In this document: positions 49,200-61,546 of the stretch, piece after piece
Layout: the number at the start of each line of letters is the position of its first letter
How positions within the stretch are numbered: position 1 is the stretch's first letter
From: Vulcanimicrobiota bacterium
Lineage (GTDB): Bacteria; Vulcanimicrobiota; Vulcanimicrobiia; Vulcanimicrobiales; Vulcanimicrobiaceae
Assembly: GCA_963777315.1 (NCBI GenBank)
Contig: CAVZQC010000006.1
Span: 32,001 to 96,000 of the forward strand
DNA: 64,000 bases
Direction: 5' to 3'
Made by a program: the position numbers and the translations under genes
The notes under the pieces: model-generated
Told to the model about the DNA's origin: nothing
The model's input: only the letters and a program-made list of their open reading frames with translations
Database searches by the model: none

Positions 49200-49620
49200 G
49201 GCTAAAGCGCATGCAGATGTAACAGATGCAGAAATCGACGCTGCCATCGCACGAGGAAAGGCGTTTGAGAAGTATGCGCCGCGCGCTGTTAAGGCCGCGT
49301 ATCGGGAGAAAGACGACGTGATTGCTATCACCCTTTCGACCGGCGTCGAAATCGCAATTCCACGCAAACTCCTTCAGGGCTTGAAAGGCGCGGACCCGGT
49401 CGACGTGGGGCAAATCCAAATTCTGGGACCAGGATCAATGCTGCATTGGGAAACTCTTGATGTGGACCACGGCCTTGCGAGTCTGCTGAAGGGCGTTTTT
49501 GGGAATCGGCGCTGGATGAGCGAGATCGGACGGCGAGGCGGTTTGGCACAGTCCGCAGCAAAGCGCGCGGCAGCGCGTCGAAATGGTCGGAAAGGCGGAC
49601 GTCCGCGCAAGGCCGCCTGA
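49192..49620 (+). CDS. DUF2442-like protein (putative antitoxin) with basic C-terminal tail
   Basis: IAIPRKLLQGL..LHWETLDVDH..LLKGVFG..WM; tail AAARRNGRKGGRPRK. Confidence 0.75.
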   Translation: MAKAKAHADVTDAEIDAAIARGKAFEKYAPRAVKAAYREKDDVIAITLSTGVEIAIPRKLLQGLKGADPVDVGQIQILGPGSMLHWETLDVDHGLASLLKGVFGNRRWMSEIGRRGGLAQSAAKRAAARRNGRKGGRPRKAA

Positions 49621-49645
49621 TCGACTGCGCCGGCTAAACGGTGAC

Positions 49646-50857
49646 TCACAGCTTTCCCAAATACGATCGCGCCACGATCATCTGCTGAATCTCCGAAGTG
49701 CCTTCGTAGATCTCCGTGATCTTGGCGTCGCGATAATACCGCTCGACGGGAAACTCCGTCGTGTATCCGTATCCGCCGTGAATCTGAATCGCTTCGGCCG
49801 CGTGCTTGCGCGCCGCCGTCGAGGCAAAATACTTGGCTTTGCTGGCTTGCGCGGCAAACGGTTTGCCGGCATCGTACAAGGCTGCGGTGCTGTAGGTCAG
49901 CAAACGCGCCGCGTCGAGATCCGTGCCCATCTGCGCGATCTTGAACGCGATGCCTTCGAACGCGCCGATGGGCCGCCCGAACGCCACGCGCTCGCGCGCA
50001 AACTTCACCGACGCATCCAAACATGCGGCCAAAATCCCGCACGCCTGCGCCGCGATGCCGATGCGCCCGCCCGTCAGCGCGGTGAGCGCGTTGCTGAAGC
50101 CCGCGCCTTCGTCACCCAACCGCGCAGCATCGTCGACTTTCACGTTATCGAACGCGATATCGCACGTGTTGCTGGTGTGAATGCCCAATTTGTCGGTGAT
50201 CTTCTCCACGACCAGGCCGGGTTTACCGTTGTCGATGAGAAATGCGCTCACGCCTTTTGAACCGGCGCCTCCGGTCCGAAACATCCCCATGATTACCGTC
50301 GAATAGCTGCCGTTGGTGCACCATTGCTTGCGCCCGTTGAGCACATAGCCGCCGGGCACGCGCGTTGCCGTCGAACGTAGGCCCGCGGCATCCGAGCCGG
50401 CGTCGGATTCCGTGAGCGCGAAGGCCGCGATGGTGTCTTCTTGCGCAAGACTCGGAAGATACCGGCGCTTCTGCTCTTGGCTTCCGAGCTTGAGAATCGC
50501 CATCGAAATCATCGAGTGCACGGAAACGGTCACCGCCGATCCGGCGTCGACCCGCGCGAGTTCTTCGATCGCGCGCGCGTACGACACGTAATCCGCCCCC
50601 GAGCCGCCGTATTCTTCGGGCACGAGCAGACCCATGATGCCGGCGGCAGTGAGTTTGCCGAACAGTTCGCGCGGAAAATAATGATCGCGATCCCACTGTG
50701 CGATGTGCGGCGCAATCTCGCGCTGGGCGATCTGGGCTGCAAGTTCGCCGACTTGGCGCTGATCTTCGGTGAGTTCGTATGCCGTAGCGCTGGGATCAGC
50801 GCGCTGCGTAATCGTAAAATCCCTTCCCGGATTTTTTCCCGTACCAGCCGGCGGCAA
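49646..50857 (-). CDS. Acyl-CoA dehydrogenase (start uncertain, about 50810-50857)
   Basis: [54 protein letters not shown]. Confidence 0.95.
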   Translation of the reverse strand: MPPAGTGKNPGRDFTITQRADPSATAYELTEDQRQVGELAAQIAQREIAPHIAQWDRDHYFPRELFGKLTAAGIMGLLVPEEYGGSGADYVSYARAIEELARVDAGSAVTVSVHSMISMAILKLGSQEQKRRYLPSLAQEDTIAAFALTESDAGSDAAGLRSTATRVPGGYVLNGRKQWCTNGSYSTVIMGMFRTGGAGSKGVSAFLIDNGKPGLVVEKITDKLGIHTSNTCDIAFDNVKVDDAARLGDEGAGFSNALTALTGGRIGIAAQACGILAACLDASVKFARERVAFGRPIGAFEGIAFKIAQMGTDLDAARLLTYSTAALYDAGKPFAAQASKAKYFASTAARKHAAEAIQIHGGYGYTTEFPVERYYRDAKITEIYEGTSEIQQMIVARSYLGKL

Positions 50858-51642
50858 CGTACTGCTTGAGCAGCGGGCACGGCCGGTATTTGGTGTCGGC
50901 GAAGCCGTCGTACAGCACGTTCATGATGGCAAGGCACGTATCCAATCCGATGAAGTCGGCCAGCTGCAGCGGACCCATCGGATGATTCATTCCCAGTTTC
51001 ATCACCGTATCGATTGCATCGGGAGAACCCACGCCTTCGTACAAAGCGTAGATCGCCTCGTTGATCATCGGCATGAGCACGCGGTTGGAAACGAAACCGG
51101 GAAAGTCGCGCACTTCTACCGGCGTCTTGTCGAGATCGCGCGCCAGCTGCTGCGTGAAGTCGTACGTTTCTTGGGAGGTTGCGATACCGCGAATGATCTC
51201 GACGAGCTGCATTACGGGCACCGGGTTCATGAAGTGCATGCCGATGACCCGCTCGGGGCGCTTGGTGGCCGCACCTAAGCTCGTGATGGAGATCGAAGAC
51301 GTATTGCTGGCCAGGATTGCCTCGGGCGGGGTCGATCGATCGAGCGATCGGAACAGCTCGAGTTTGAGGTCAAGGTCTTCGGTAGCCGCTTCGATGGCGA
51401 CGTCGACGTCAAAATCTTTGATCGCGGTTTCCGGCCGAATGTGCGTGAGAACGGTCCCGCGCTGCTCTTGCGTGAAGCGTCCTTTCTCCACGCCGCGGTC
51501 CAGCGTGCGCTCGATGGCCGCAAGCCCGCGATTGACGCTGGCTTCGTCGCGATCGACCAAAATGACCGAATTGTGGTGCATTGCCGCGACTTGAGCTATG
51601 CCGGACCCCATTTGTCCGGCTCCCACGACAGACTATCCGCAC
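50796..51642 (-). CDS. hbd: 3-hydroxybutyryl-CoA dehydrogenase (probable indel near 51630)
   Basis: [54 protein letters not shown]. Confidence 0.93.
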
Positions 51643-51650
51643 GCGCAGAA

Positions 51651-53003
51651 TTACTCGACGCGCACGAGTACGGCGTCGCCTTGGCCTCCGCCGCTGCAGA
51701 TCGCAGCCACGCCCAGGCCGCCTCCGCGCGCGCGAAGCTGATGAACGACCGTGCCTATCAGGCGCGCGCCGCTCGCGCCGATCGGATGCCCCATGGCAAC
51801 CGCACCGCCGAGCTTGTTGATTTGCTCGGGGTCGAGGCCTAATCTGCGGGCCGACGTTATCGCGACCGCGGAAAACGCTTCGTTGATCTCCCAAACGTCG
51901 ATTTGATCGGCGCGCAAGCCGCTCTTCGCGAGCAGCTTTTGCGCGGCCATCGCGGGGGTGAGCGCAATGTACGGCGAGTCCCACGCGACGGCCGCATGGC
52001 CCAGTACGCTGCCGATGACGCTGCAGCCGTGCTCGCGCGCGTAGCGATCGCTTGCGAGCACCATCGCGGCTGCGCCGTCGTTGACGCCGGGCGCGTTGCC
52101 CGCGGTGATCGTGCCGTCTTTGTCCAGCGGTTTGAGCTTGGCCATTGCTTCCAAACTCGCGTCGGCGCGCACGCCTTCATCGCGATCGACCGCCGTGCTT
52201 GGAACGTCGCCCGTGACGAACGGCGCCCACTGCGCGTAGTCGAGCGTAAATTCAGCGGAAGGTTCATGCGACCACAAGTCGTCCGCGGACGAGCTCGACG
52301 AACCGGCGGCCACCGGAACGCGTGCGCGGGCCGGCAGTGGGAGCGCATCGACGACGATCTTGCCTTTGGCCTTGGAGGCTACGCGAACCGGAATGATTTC
52401 AGCGGCAAGCTTGCCGGTTTGCTGAGCATGCGCGGCGCGGCGGTGGCTCTCGTACGCGAAACGATCCTGCTCTTCGCGCGAGACGCCCAGCTCGCCGGCG
52501 ACCTTTGCTCCCTGAGCGGCCATCGTCATCGGAAAATAGTAGTCCCACAGCCCGTCGTGAATCATCGCGTCGATCAGCCGTCCGTCGCCGAAGCGGTATC
52601 CACCGCGCGCGTCCTTTAATAGATACGGCGCGTTGGACATCGACTCCATGCCGCCGGCGCCGACCACGTCGTTGCTGCCTTCGTTGATGAGCCGGGCGGC
52701 ATTGACGATCGCGAGCAGGCCGGAAGCGCACACTTTGTTGACCGTTTCAGCCGTTACGGTCTTGGCCAAGCCGCTTTTGAAGCCGACTTGGCGCGCGGGA
52801 TTCTGGCCCACGCCGGCCTGAAGCACTTCTCCCATGATGACGTGCTCGATTTCGGCCGGGTCGACGCCCGAGCGCTCGATTGCGGCCACCATGGCGGCGG
52901 CCCCCAGCGTAGTCGCCTCCAGCGGGGCAAGCGCGCCGCCCAGACGCCCGAACGGGGTACGCGCGGTGCCCAAAATCACCGCCTTGGAACCATTGGAATT
53001 CAT
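51651..53003 (-). CDS. Acetyl-CoA C-acyltransferase (thiolase) with internal insertion
   Basis: NKVCASG, GGMESMS, TAGNAPGVNDGAAA, EINEAF, GHPIGASG, ICSGGGQG. Confidence 0.95.
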   Translation of the reverse strand: MNSNGSKAVILGTARTPFGRLGGALAPLEATTLGAAAMVAAIERSGVDPAEIEHVIMGEVLQAGVGQNPARQVGFKSGLAKTVTAETVNKVCASGLLAIVNAARLINEGSNDVVGAGGMESMSNAPYLLKDARGGYRFGDGRLIDAMIHDGLWDYYFPMTMAAQGAKVAGELGVSREEQDRFAYESHRRAAHAQQTGKLAAEIIPVRVASKAKGKIVVDALPLPARARVPVAAGSSSSSADDLWSHEPSAEFTLDYAQWAPFVTGDVPSTAVDRDEGVRADASLEAMAKLKPLDKDGTITAGNAPGVNDGAAAMVLASDRYAREHGCSVIGSVLGHAAVAWDSPYIALTPAMAAQKLLAKSGLRADQIDVWEINEAFSAVAITSARRLGLDPEQINKLGGAVAMGHPIGASGARLIGTVVHQLRARGGGLGVAAICSGGGQGDAVLVRVE

Positions 53004-53112
53004 ACACGAGAACGCTTCGTGACGCTCCAGAAGGGGTCCTTATGCCGCTGCTTGCGCTTGACGCCCTACGTGGTAAACTAGTCTATGAACTAGTGCAAAG
53101 GAAGAGCGCGCC

Positions 53113-53349
53113 ATGAGATCCGTCGGGGCATACGAGGCTAAGGCTAACTTGTCTAAACTCTTGGAAGCGGTCGAAGCGGGCGAGTCCATTACGATAACTC
53201 GCAACGGCAAAGCGGTCGCGGAAATTCGCCCGATCGACCGCCGCGCACGAGCTCGGCAGGCTATTGCGGCTATAACTCAATTGCGCCGAGGTCTGACTCT
53301 GGGCGGCATTTCGGTGCGAGAACTCGTCGAGCACGGCCGCAAGCAATAG
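53113..53349 (+). CDS. Phd/YefM-family antitoxin
   Basis: VGAYEAKANLSKLLEAVEAGESITITRNGKAVA; two ACTAGT palindromes upstream (53077, 53089). Confidence 0.9.
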   Translation: MRSVGAYEAKANLSKLLEAVEAGESITITRNGKAVAEIRPIDRRARARQAIAAITQLRRGLTLGGISVRELVEHGRKQ

Positions 53350-53359
53350 TAGGGCCGGC

Positions 53360-53761
53360 ATGTTCGTGGTCGATTCCTCAGTTGCGCTGGCATGGTTTTT
53401 CGAGGACGAGTCGACAGCCCGAACGATTGAGCTGCTGGAACGTTCCGCGGATGACGGCATCGTCGTACCGCAGATTTGGCGCTACGAGATGATCAACGGT
53501 TTTCGAAGCGCAATGCTGCGCAGCCGAATGAATCATCGCCAAGCCGGACAAGCCGTGGTTCAGCTCTTGCGGCTTGCCGCCGAGGTCGATGAAAGCTCGG
53601 ATGAGCGCATTAGAGCCACGTATGATTTGAGCAACGAGTATGCCTTGCCGTGCTATGATGCTGCATACCTTGAGCTGGCGCGCCATCGACAGACTCCGCT
53701 GGCAACCAACGATGGGCAATTAGCAGATGCGGCGCGCAAGCTGCGCGTAGAGCTTTTATAG
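53360..53761 (+). CDS. vapC: VapC/PIN toxin
   Basis: VVDSSVALAWFFEDE; YDAAYLELA; LATND. Confidence 0.9.
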   Translation: MFVVDSSVALAWFFEDESTARTIELLERSADDGIVVPQIWRYEMINGFRSAMLRSRMNHRQAGQAVVQLLRLAAEVDESSDERIRATYDLSNEYALPCYDAAYLELARHRQTPLATNDGQLADAARKLRVELL

Positions 53762-54655
53762 TCCCTCGCCCGGCGACATCGGCTGAGTGCAGACCACGCG
53801 TTCGTCGGCAGCGCAGTTCTCACATTCGAACTGCAGCGTAACGTGCGACACGCCGAACCGTTTGCGCACCATGGCGTCGACCTCGCGCAGAACGTACGTC
53901 GCTTCGCTCACTCGGCGATCGTCGATGAGCACGTGCGCGGAGAGCGCGCTTGCGCCGGTTCCGATCGTCCAGACGTGCAGGTCGTGAATTGCAACGATTC
54001 CCGCAAGCGACGCCATCGCTTCGCGGATCTCGCTCACGTGCATGCCGCGGGGCACGCCTTCGAGCAGCACGTCGGCGGCGTCGCGCACTACGCGCAGTAC
54101 GCCCACGACGATGATGGCCGCGACGAACAGCGAGAGCGCGGGATCGATCCACGGCGCGCCGGTTGCCGCGATCGCGGCGCCGCCGACGATAACCGCAAAC
54201 GCGCCGAGCGCATCGCCCGCAACGTGAAACAGCACCGCTTTCACGTTGAGGTTTTGTTTACTGCTCCTTGCAAGCATCAGCGCGATGCCCGCGTTGACCA
54301 GAAGACCGACGCCCGCGATCGCACTCATCAGCGCGCCGTCGGGATGATGCACGATAAAAAAGCGCTGCACGGCTTGGTAAGCGATGAACGCCGTCGCCGC
54401 GAGCAGCACGCTGCCGTTCACGAGCGCGCCCAATATTTCCACGCGCCCGTAGCCGAAGGTTTTGCGGGAGGTCGCCGGCCGCTGCGCTCCGGCCATCGCG
54501 AACAGCGCGATCCCCAGCGCGAAAACGTCCATGCACACGTGGACTGCGTCGGTAAGCAGCGCGAGCGATCCGGCACGTACGCCGCCCCAGAATTCTAAGC
54601 CCGCGACGCACGCGACCAGCGCGAGCGCAACCGTGAGCCGCGCGCGCGGCGACAC
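53756..54655 (-). CDS. Cation diffusion facilitator (CzcD/ZitB-like)
   Basis: SLALLTDAVH, TFGYGRVEIL, HVAGDALG, IHDLHVW, SHVTLQFE. Confidence 0.93.
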   Translation of the reverse strand: MSPRARLTVALALVACVAGLEFWGGVRAGSLALLTDAVHVCMDVFALGIALFAMAGAQRPATSRKTFGYGRVEILGALVNGSVLLAATAFIAYQAVQRFFIVHHPDGALMSAIAGVGLLVNAGIALMLARSSKQNLNVKAVLFHVAGDALGAFAVIVGGAAIAATGAPWIDPALSLFVAAIIVVGVLRVVRDAADVLLEGVPRGMHVSEIREAMASLAGIVAIHDLHVWTIGTGASALSAHVLIDDRRVSEATYVLREVDAMVRKRFGVSHVTLQFECENCAADERVVCTQPMSPGEGL

Positions 54656-54659
54656 GGCG

Positions 54660-55259
54660 TTACGCCTTGCGCGCCTTGAGCGCGAGCACCGCCAGCATCG
54701 CGCCGAAGGTGAAGAACGTCTTGCTCTCCGCCGCGGCGATTGCGTCGGCCTTCCACGTTCCCTGCTGCTGTGCCGCAGGCGTCAGCGCGGGAATCAGCGG
54801 CGGCACGCTCGCCCGATACGCGTCGTACTGCGGGCCGAACCGAGTGCGCAGATACTGCTCTTCGTGCGGAACGATGATTGCGTACACTGCCGCCATGATT
54901 CCCAAACACGCCCCCGTCAAGGCCGCTCGCCGCGCCGCAGCGTTGCCGCCCGTGAACGCTATCGTGAAACCGCAAGCGGTGACGAAATTGCCGGCGTACA
55001 GCGGATTTCGTACGTAAGCGTAAGGCCCGGCGGTGACGAGCTCCGGCGCGGTGACCCGATCGTCGCGCGTCGTGACGCCCGAATATCCGACCGCCCAGCA
55101 GCGGACCAGCTCACCGCACAGCGCGATGGGCAATCCTACGGCCACGCTGAATGCAGTGGGTTTGCCGAACGCGGCCAGCAGCGCTGCCGGTAGGGCCAGC
55201 AGCGCACCGCGGTTTTTGAAGACGAACGTGCGAACGCCGCCGGCACCGGGATCGCTCAT
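54660..55259 (-). CDS. Isoprenylcysteine-carboxyl/phospholipid methyltransferase-family membrane protein
   Basis: LVTAGPYAYVRNPLYAGN; EEQYLRTRFG..Y..Y..VP. Confidence 0.85.
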   Translation of the reverse strand: MSDPGAGGVRTFVFKNRGALLALPAALLAAFGKPTAFSVAVGLPIALCGELVRCWAVGYSGVTTRDDRVTAPELVTAGPYAYVRNPLYAGNFVTACGFTIAFTGGNAAARRAALTGACLGIMAAVYAIIVPHEEQYLRTRFGPQYDAYRASVPPLIPALTPAAQQQGTWKADAIAAAESKTFFTFGAMLAVLALKARKA

Positions 55260-56191
55260 GATGCGCCGCTCATTTGGGCGGCCCGGTAAATGTCCTGCAG
55301 CGAGCGCGACAGCGGAATTTTGGGTTCCCATCCGGTTGCCCGGCGCAGCTTTTCGTTGCTGCCGTACAGCAGCGCAGTGTCCGACGGGCGCATTCGCGCG
55401 GCATCTTCGCGCACTTCGACCGGCACGTGAGCGATGCGGATCAACTCCCCGAGCAAGTCCCGAATGGCGGTTGCAACGCCGCTGCACACGTTGTATGCCT
55501 GCCCGCGTTCGCCGCGTTCGGCCAGCGCAACGTAAGCGCGCACGACGTCGCGCACGTCCAAAAAATCGCGCCGGGCCGCAAGGTTGCCGCAATGCAGCAC
55601 CGCAGGCGCGCCTGCGGCTATCCGTGCGAGCTGCGCGGCAAACGAAGGAACCACGAAGCGCTCGTTCTGCCCCGGACCGATGTGGTTGAACGCGCGCGCG
55701 ATGACCGCGTCGACTCCGAAACTGCGCGCTTCGCCCAGCACGATTGCCTCGCCGGCGGCTTTGCTGGCAGCGTACGGGTTTTCGGGGTCGGGGCGGGCGT
55801 TCTCGTCCAATGGCGCCGCGCCGCCTTGGCGTCCGTATACGTCGGCAGAGCTGACGAAAACGAATCGCGCATCCGATCCGCTGCGCTCGCGCCAAGCGCG
55901 CAGCGCGGCGAGCATACGAGAAGTTCCCATGATGTTGGTTTCATACGTTTGCTCGGGCGCTTCCAACGCGCGCGGAACGAACGCCTGCGCCGCCAGATGG
56001 AAGACGACGTCCGGAGCAGCGAGATCGAAAGCCGCGTTCAAACTCGCAGCATCGGCGAGATCGATCGGCACGAGATCGGTGCCGATATCGTGCATTCCGC
56101 CCGCAGCCAGGACCTCGTGCCCGCCCTCGCGCAAAGCCGGCACCAAGTACGGTCCCACGAACCCTCCCGCGCCGGTGACCAGCGCGCGCAT
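55256..56191 (-). CDS. rmd: GDP-4-keto-6-deoxy-D-mannose reductase-like SDR
   Basis: TGAGGFVG, HLAAQAFVP, YAASK, RAFNHIGPGQ, RRDFLDVRDV; directly downstream of gmd. Confidence 0.8.
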   Translation of the reverse strand: MRALVTGAGGFVGPYLVPALREGGHEVLAAGGMHDIGTDLVPIDLADAASLNAAFDLAAPDVVFHLAAQAFVPRALEAPEQTYETNIMGTSRMLAALRAWRERSGSDARFVFVSSADVYGRQGGAAPLDENARPDPENPYAASKAAGEAIVLGEARSFGVDAVIARAFNHIGPGQNERFVVPSFAAQLARIAAGAPAVLHCGNLAARRDFLDVRDVVRAYVALAERGERGQAYNVCSGVATAIRDLLGELIRIAHVPVEVREDAARMRPSDTALLYGSNEKLRRATGWEPKIPLSRSLQDIYRAAQMSGAS

Positions 56192-57175
<984 letters not shown>

Positions 57176-57850
57176 CTAGTTGAGGGTGGCGATGTTTTCG
57201 CCCTTGTCGTCGAAAACGAAGCGCGTCTCGAACATCTCGTCGCCTTCGGGTCCGACGACCTTGGATTGGATCGTCAAGCGGTGCATGACCTTGCCTTCAT
57301 GGCGCACCGCGCCGGAATAAAAGTACTGCACGAGCGGCGTTTGGCTGTCTTTGAGCGGCGCCAGGCGTCTGCGTGCGACCAATATTTCGAGCAGGCGCTG
57401 CTGCAGTTTGCTGGGCAGCAGCCGGCTCGCATCGTCCGGGCTCAGCCGCAGCGTGGTCAGCTCTTCCTGCGCCTTGTTGCTCTCTTCGACGGGCTTTCCG
57501 GTGGTGTAACGCACGATCGCGTCCCAGTCGTCGGCCGAGATGCCGGTAAAGCGCATGCCGTAGCGCCATACGGATTTTCCTTGATGCGTGATCGTGTCTT
57601 GCCAAACGGATTTCGCGCGGACGCGAACGCCGCGCGATTCTATGGTCGCGCGGACTTCGAACTCGTCTTTGCCGACGGGTTCCTGCGTGATGACGCACAG
57701 CCCGCCGCCGCCGATGTCGAGTCCAATCGCCGGCTTTTGTGCGGTTTCGGCACCGGCGCAAACCGTTGCCCGGTAAGCTTTCCGTCTGCGGGGATACTTC
57801 CGTCGATTCGGTTCCTTACCGGTAAACAACGCCAGCAAATCTGCCAGCAT
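57176..57850 (-). CDS. PilZ-domain protein with C-terminal extension
   Basis: RRKYPRR, DIGGGG, YGMRF, then about 100 aa of unknown domain. Confidence 0.75.
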   Translation of the reverse strand: MLADLLALFTGKEPNRRKYPRRRKAYRATVCAGAETAQKPAIGLDIGGGGLCVITQEPVGKDEFEVRATIESRGVRVRAKSVWQDTITHQGKSVWRYGMRFTGISADDWDAIVRYTTGKPVEESNKAQEELTTLRLSPDDASRLLPSKLQQRLLEILVARRRLAPLKDSQTPLVQYFYSGAVRHEGKVMHRLTIQSKVVGPEGDEMFETRFVFDDKGENIATLN

Positions 57851-57870
57851 GGGGCGCATTTCGCCCCGGT

Positions 57871-58633
57871 TCAGATGCGTTCCGCCTGCTCTCGCGGACG
57901 CCGCGCGAGTTCGATGACGCGCCGAGCGACGAACGCGGCGACTTCGCTGGGAACCGTCCCCCGCCCGAAGCCCGCATCGTAGCCCAGTTCCGCGGCCATG
58001 AGATTGGTCACGCGCGGGCCGCCCGCGCACAGCACCACGCTCTCGCGCAGCCCTTCGGCTTCGACGAGCTCGACCAGCGCGGTGAAGTTCTTTACGTCAC
58101 TTCCCTTCTGCGTGACGACTTGCGAAGCCAGCAGCGCGTCAAGCCGCTTTTCCTTGGCGAACCGCACGAACTCTTCCACCGAAACCTGGCTGCCCAGGTT
58201 GTGCACCTCGAACGATTTGTAGCGCTCGAGTCCGTAGTCGCCTTTGTAGCCTTTCATGTTGAGGATGGCATCGATGCCGACCGTATGCGCGTCGGTGCCG
58301 ATGCACGCGCCCGCGATGCGGATTTTTCGCCCCAAGCGTTCGGCTACGAGCGCGTCGGTTTCGTCCATCGACATCGCGTGCGCCTTGATCGACGGAGCCG
58401 AAACGGTGGAAAAATCGACCGCTTGCGGCGTCGCCGCATACACGACGAAAAACGAAAATCCATCGGCCACCGCGCGGCCTTCTGCGACCTGCACGTGGGT
58501 GAAACCCATTTTGACGACGAGCTGCCGAGCGGCTTCGTCGGCCGCTTCGCTCCAATCGACGGGCAACGTGAACGACAGACTGCACCTTGCCGTCGTTCAT
58601 CGTGTCGCCGTAGGGCTTGAGCGGGTGAATCAT
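57871..58633 (-). CDS. kamE: Lysine 5,6-aminomutase beta subunit, cobalamin-binding (frameshift near 58580)
   Basis: KPYGDTMNDGKVQ.SFTLP; GTDAHTVGIDAILNMKG (DxHxxG and PLP Lys); ELGYDAGFG. Confidence 0.92.
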
Positions 58634-60157
58634 TCCTCGAACGGATTCCAATAGTTTGGACTGCGCCGGAAAACGCCGTCGAAGCCGCGTCCTCCATCCG
58701 GCGGCCGCGAAACGTCGGCAAAGACGGACGCTTGGATCGCATGCATCAACCCAAGGTCGTTCACCCGCACGAGCAAATCGCGGCATGCCGACAGCACGTC
58801 CTGCGCGCGGCCTTCGACTCTGCCGCCGGGTTTGAACGCGATTTCGTCACCGAAATGCCGGGCGGTGTTCATGATGTAGCGCGCGTTTTCAAGCGAGAGC
58901 ACGCGGTCGGTCAAAAACGGCGTGTGGATCGCCTCGGTCAGCATGCCGCACAGATGAACCGTCTGATGCGTCATCACCGAGGTGAGGTTGAACATCGCGT
59001 CGACCAGATGCCCTTTGAAGATATCGCCGGTCATGTGCTTGGTGGGCGGCATATACTTGAGCGGCGCGTCGGGAAATATCTGCCGCGCGAGCTGCGCCTG
59101 CGCAACCTGCATCAAAAAGCCGTCCTGCAGATCCGGATCGATCTCGTACGCATCGCCTAAGCCGATCTGCTCGTCCGGCATGCCGGCGCGGTGGGCGAAT
59201 TCTTCGTTGATGAACTGCGAGGCCAGCACCGCGGGCGCCTGTTCGACCGCATCGGCGGTCGTCAAGTAGTTGTCCTCTCCGGTGTTGATGATGATCCCGC
59301 TGGACGCGTTGAGCTTGCGGCTGAAGTGCTGGTCGATGAACGTGCGTTTCATGTTGATGTCGCGGAACAAAATGCCGTACATCGAATCGTTCAGCAGCAT
59401 GTCCAGGCGCTCGAGCGCTGCCATCGCAGCGATTTCAGGCATGCACAAACCGCTGGCGTAGTTGGTGAGCATGACGTAACGGCCCAGGCGCTGCGGAGAC
59501 TTCGTCGAGCGCCGCTCGCATGATCGTGAAATTCGCCTGCGTGGCATACGTGCCGCCGAATCCCTCGGTCGTCGGGCCGTACGGGACGAAGTCCAGCAGC
59601 GATTGCCCGGTCGACCGGATGACGGCGACGATCTGCGCGCCCGCCTGAGCCGCAGCCACGGCAGCGGTGCGGTCCTCATAGATGTTGCCGCTGGCGACGA
59701 TGACGTACAGCAGCGGCGGCGGAAGCTGGGGCAGGCGCGCCAGCAGTTCGCGGCGCTCGTCCCGGCGGGCGGCGATACGGCTGCGGCCAAGCCGGGCGCA
59801 CTTGCGAGCGACCTCGATAGCGGCCGGCTCGGGCACGTCGGAAAACTGCGCGAGCGTGAGCGCCCCCGCGCCCAGCTGCTCGCCTAGCACGGCGGGCTCG
59901 AGCCCCGTTTGAGCGAGCGCGCGCCCGAAAGCAAGGGACACGCCCGCCGCAAGTTGCTCTTGCTCGAGCGCGTCGACAATGAGGTTCGGCACCGGCACAT
60001 CGTCGGCGCCGACGCCGTCCACGCCGAACAGGCGCAGCGCGGATCGCTCCACCGACACCGTGGAATGCGCGGCGATGAAATCGCTCACCGGGGAAACGAT
60101 GGCCGATGCCAGCTCCCGGCAGCGATCGACGATGCCGCTGTCGACGCGCAGTTCCAT
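58630..60157 (-). CDS. kamD: Lysine 5,6-aminomutase alpha subunit (frameshift near 59495)
   Basis: IVASGNIYED, IRSTGQSLLD, EGFGGTYATQANF, NYASGLCMPEIA, YGILFRDINM, KYMPPTK. Confidence 0.92.
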
Positions 60158-60249
60158 GGCTCTATCTTACGGGCGGTCGGGCGTTTCTCCTCAATGCCGC
60201 AGGCGCGCTGCACAGGCATCCGCGCACCGGCGTGTGGTATGAGACAAGT

Positions 60250-61546
60250 ATGGCCAGAAGGTTTTGGAGCCTGTCAGCCGCTATCGCGGCGCTTGCCGGC
60301 GGCGCGCTTTTTTTCGCGCTGCACGGTACCGCCGGTACTGCTCCCGCGGTTCCTGCGACGGCGCCTTCGGATGAACGCGCGACGCATGCGTGGCCCGGAT
60401 ATCAATACTCGCCGGCGCACAACGCCGTCTTTGACGGAACGCTGCGCACGAACTGGCTGACCAGACTCGGCGACCGGATCAACGGCGGACTGGCCGTCGT
60501 CGACGGAACGGTGTACGCGGTGAGCTTCGACGACTCGCTCTACGCGCTTGACGAAGGATCGGGCAAAGTTCGCTGGAGCGCGCGCGCCGGCAACGTGCTC
60601 ATGTCGACTCCCGTCGTAACCGCCGGCGGTCTCGTGATCGTCGGCAGCGGCAAAGACGGCTTTCTCAAACCGAACGACGCCGATTCACAGGTCTGGGGGC
60701 GCCCCGCAGGGGACGACTTCTACGCATTTGCGACCGACGACGGGCACGCGGTCTGGAAGTTTCACACCGACGGTGAAAACATGCCCTCGCCCGCGCTGCG
60801 CGGCGACACGCTGGTGTTTGCCAACGGCGACGCGCATGCGTACGCGATCGATGCGAGCACTTCGCGGTTGCGATGGAGGGTCGACTTGCCCGGCGTCGCC
60901 ACGATGGCGTCGACCACGATCGACGGCGACGCAGCGTTCGTGAGCACTTGCCACAACGCGCCCTATTTCTGCGAAACGCGCGCCATCGACGTGGAAACGG
61001 GCAAAACGCTGTGGAGCAATCCGCACGGAGGCAGCGACTGCACGCCCACCGTCTACCGCGGCACGGTGTTCGTCAATTCGACGAACGTCGAGAATGCGCC
61101 ATACACGCCGGGCGGATACGTAACGGTTGCGGCGATCGACGCGCACACCGGACATACGAAATGGACGCGTCGCTTCGAGCGCGCTCCGTTCACGTACATC
61201 GCCTCCTCGGAACGGCAAATCGCCGGCACCGCGCACGGCGGCATGCTGTACCAATCCATCGGAAATCTGCAGCGCGTGGTGGCGATGGACGCCGCGCACC
61301 GGAAAAATACGCTGGACCGCGCATACCTCGGGCAATGTGAAGATGAGTCCGGTCGTCAAAGGCGAGCGCGTGTATTTCGGCGACACGGCCGGCATTTTTT
61401 ACGCGGTGGACCGGCGCAGCGGACGCATCCTGCACACCGTTTCGTTTCTTCAGCCGTTTTCGGTTTCGTCGCCGGTCATCGACGGCGGCACGCTGTTCGT
61501 GGCGGACGGCCCGATGGTTTTGGCCATGCCGCTGGACACGTTGTGA
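60250..61546 (+). CDS. Exported PQQ-like beta-propeller repeat protein (frameshift near 61295)
   Basis: Signal peptide; repeated LYALD..SGKVRW / AIDVETGKTLW / AIDAHTGHTKW blades. Confidence 0.85.
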
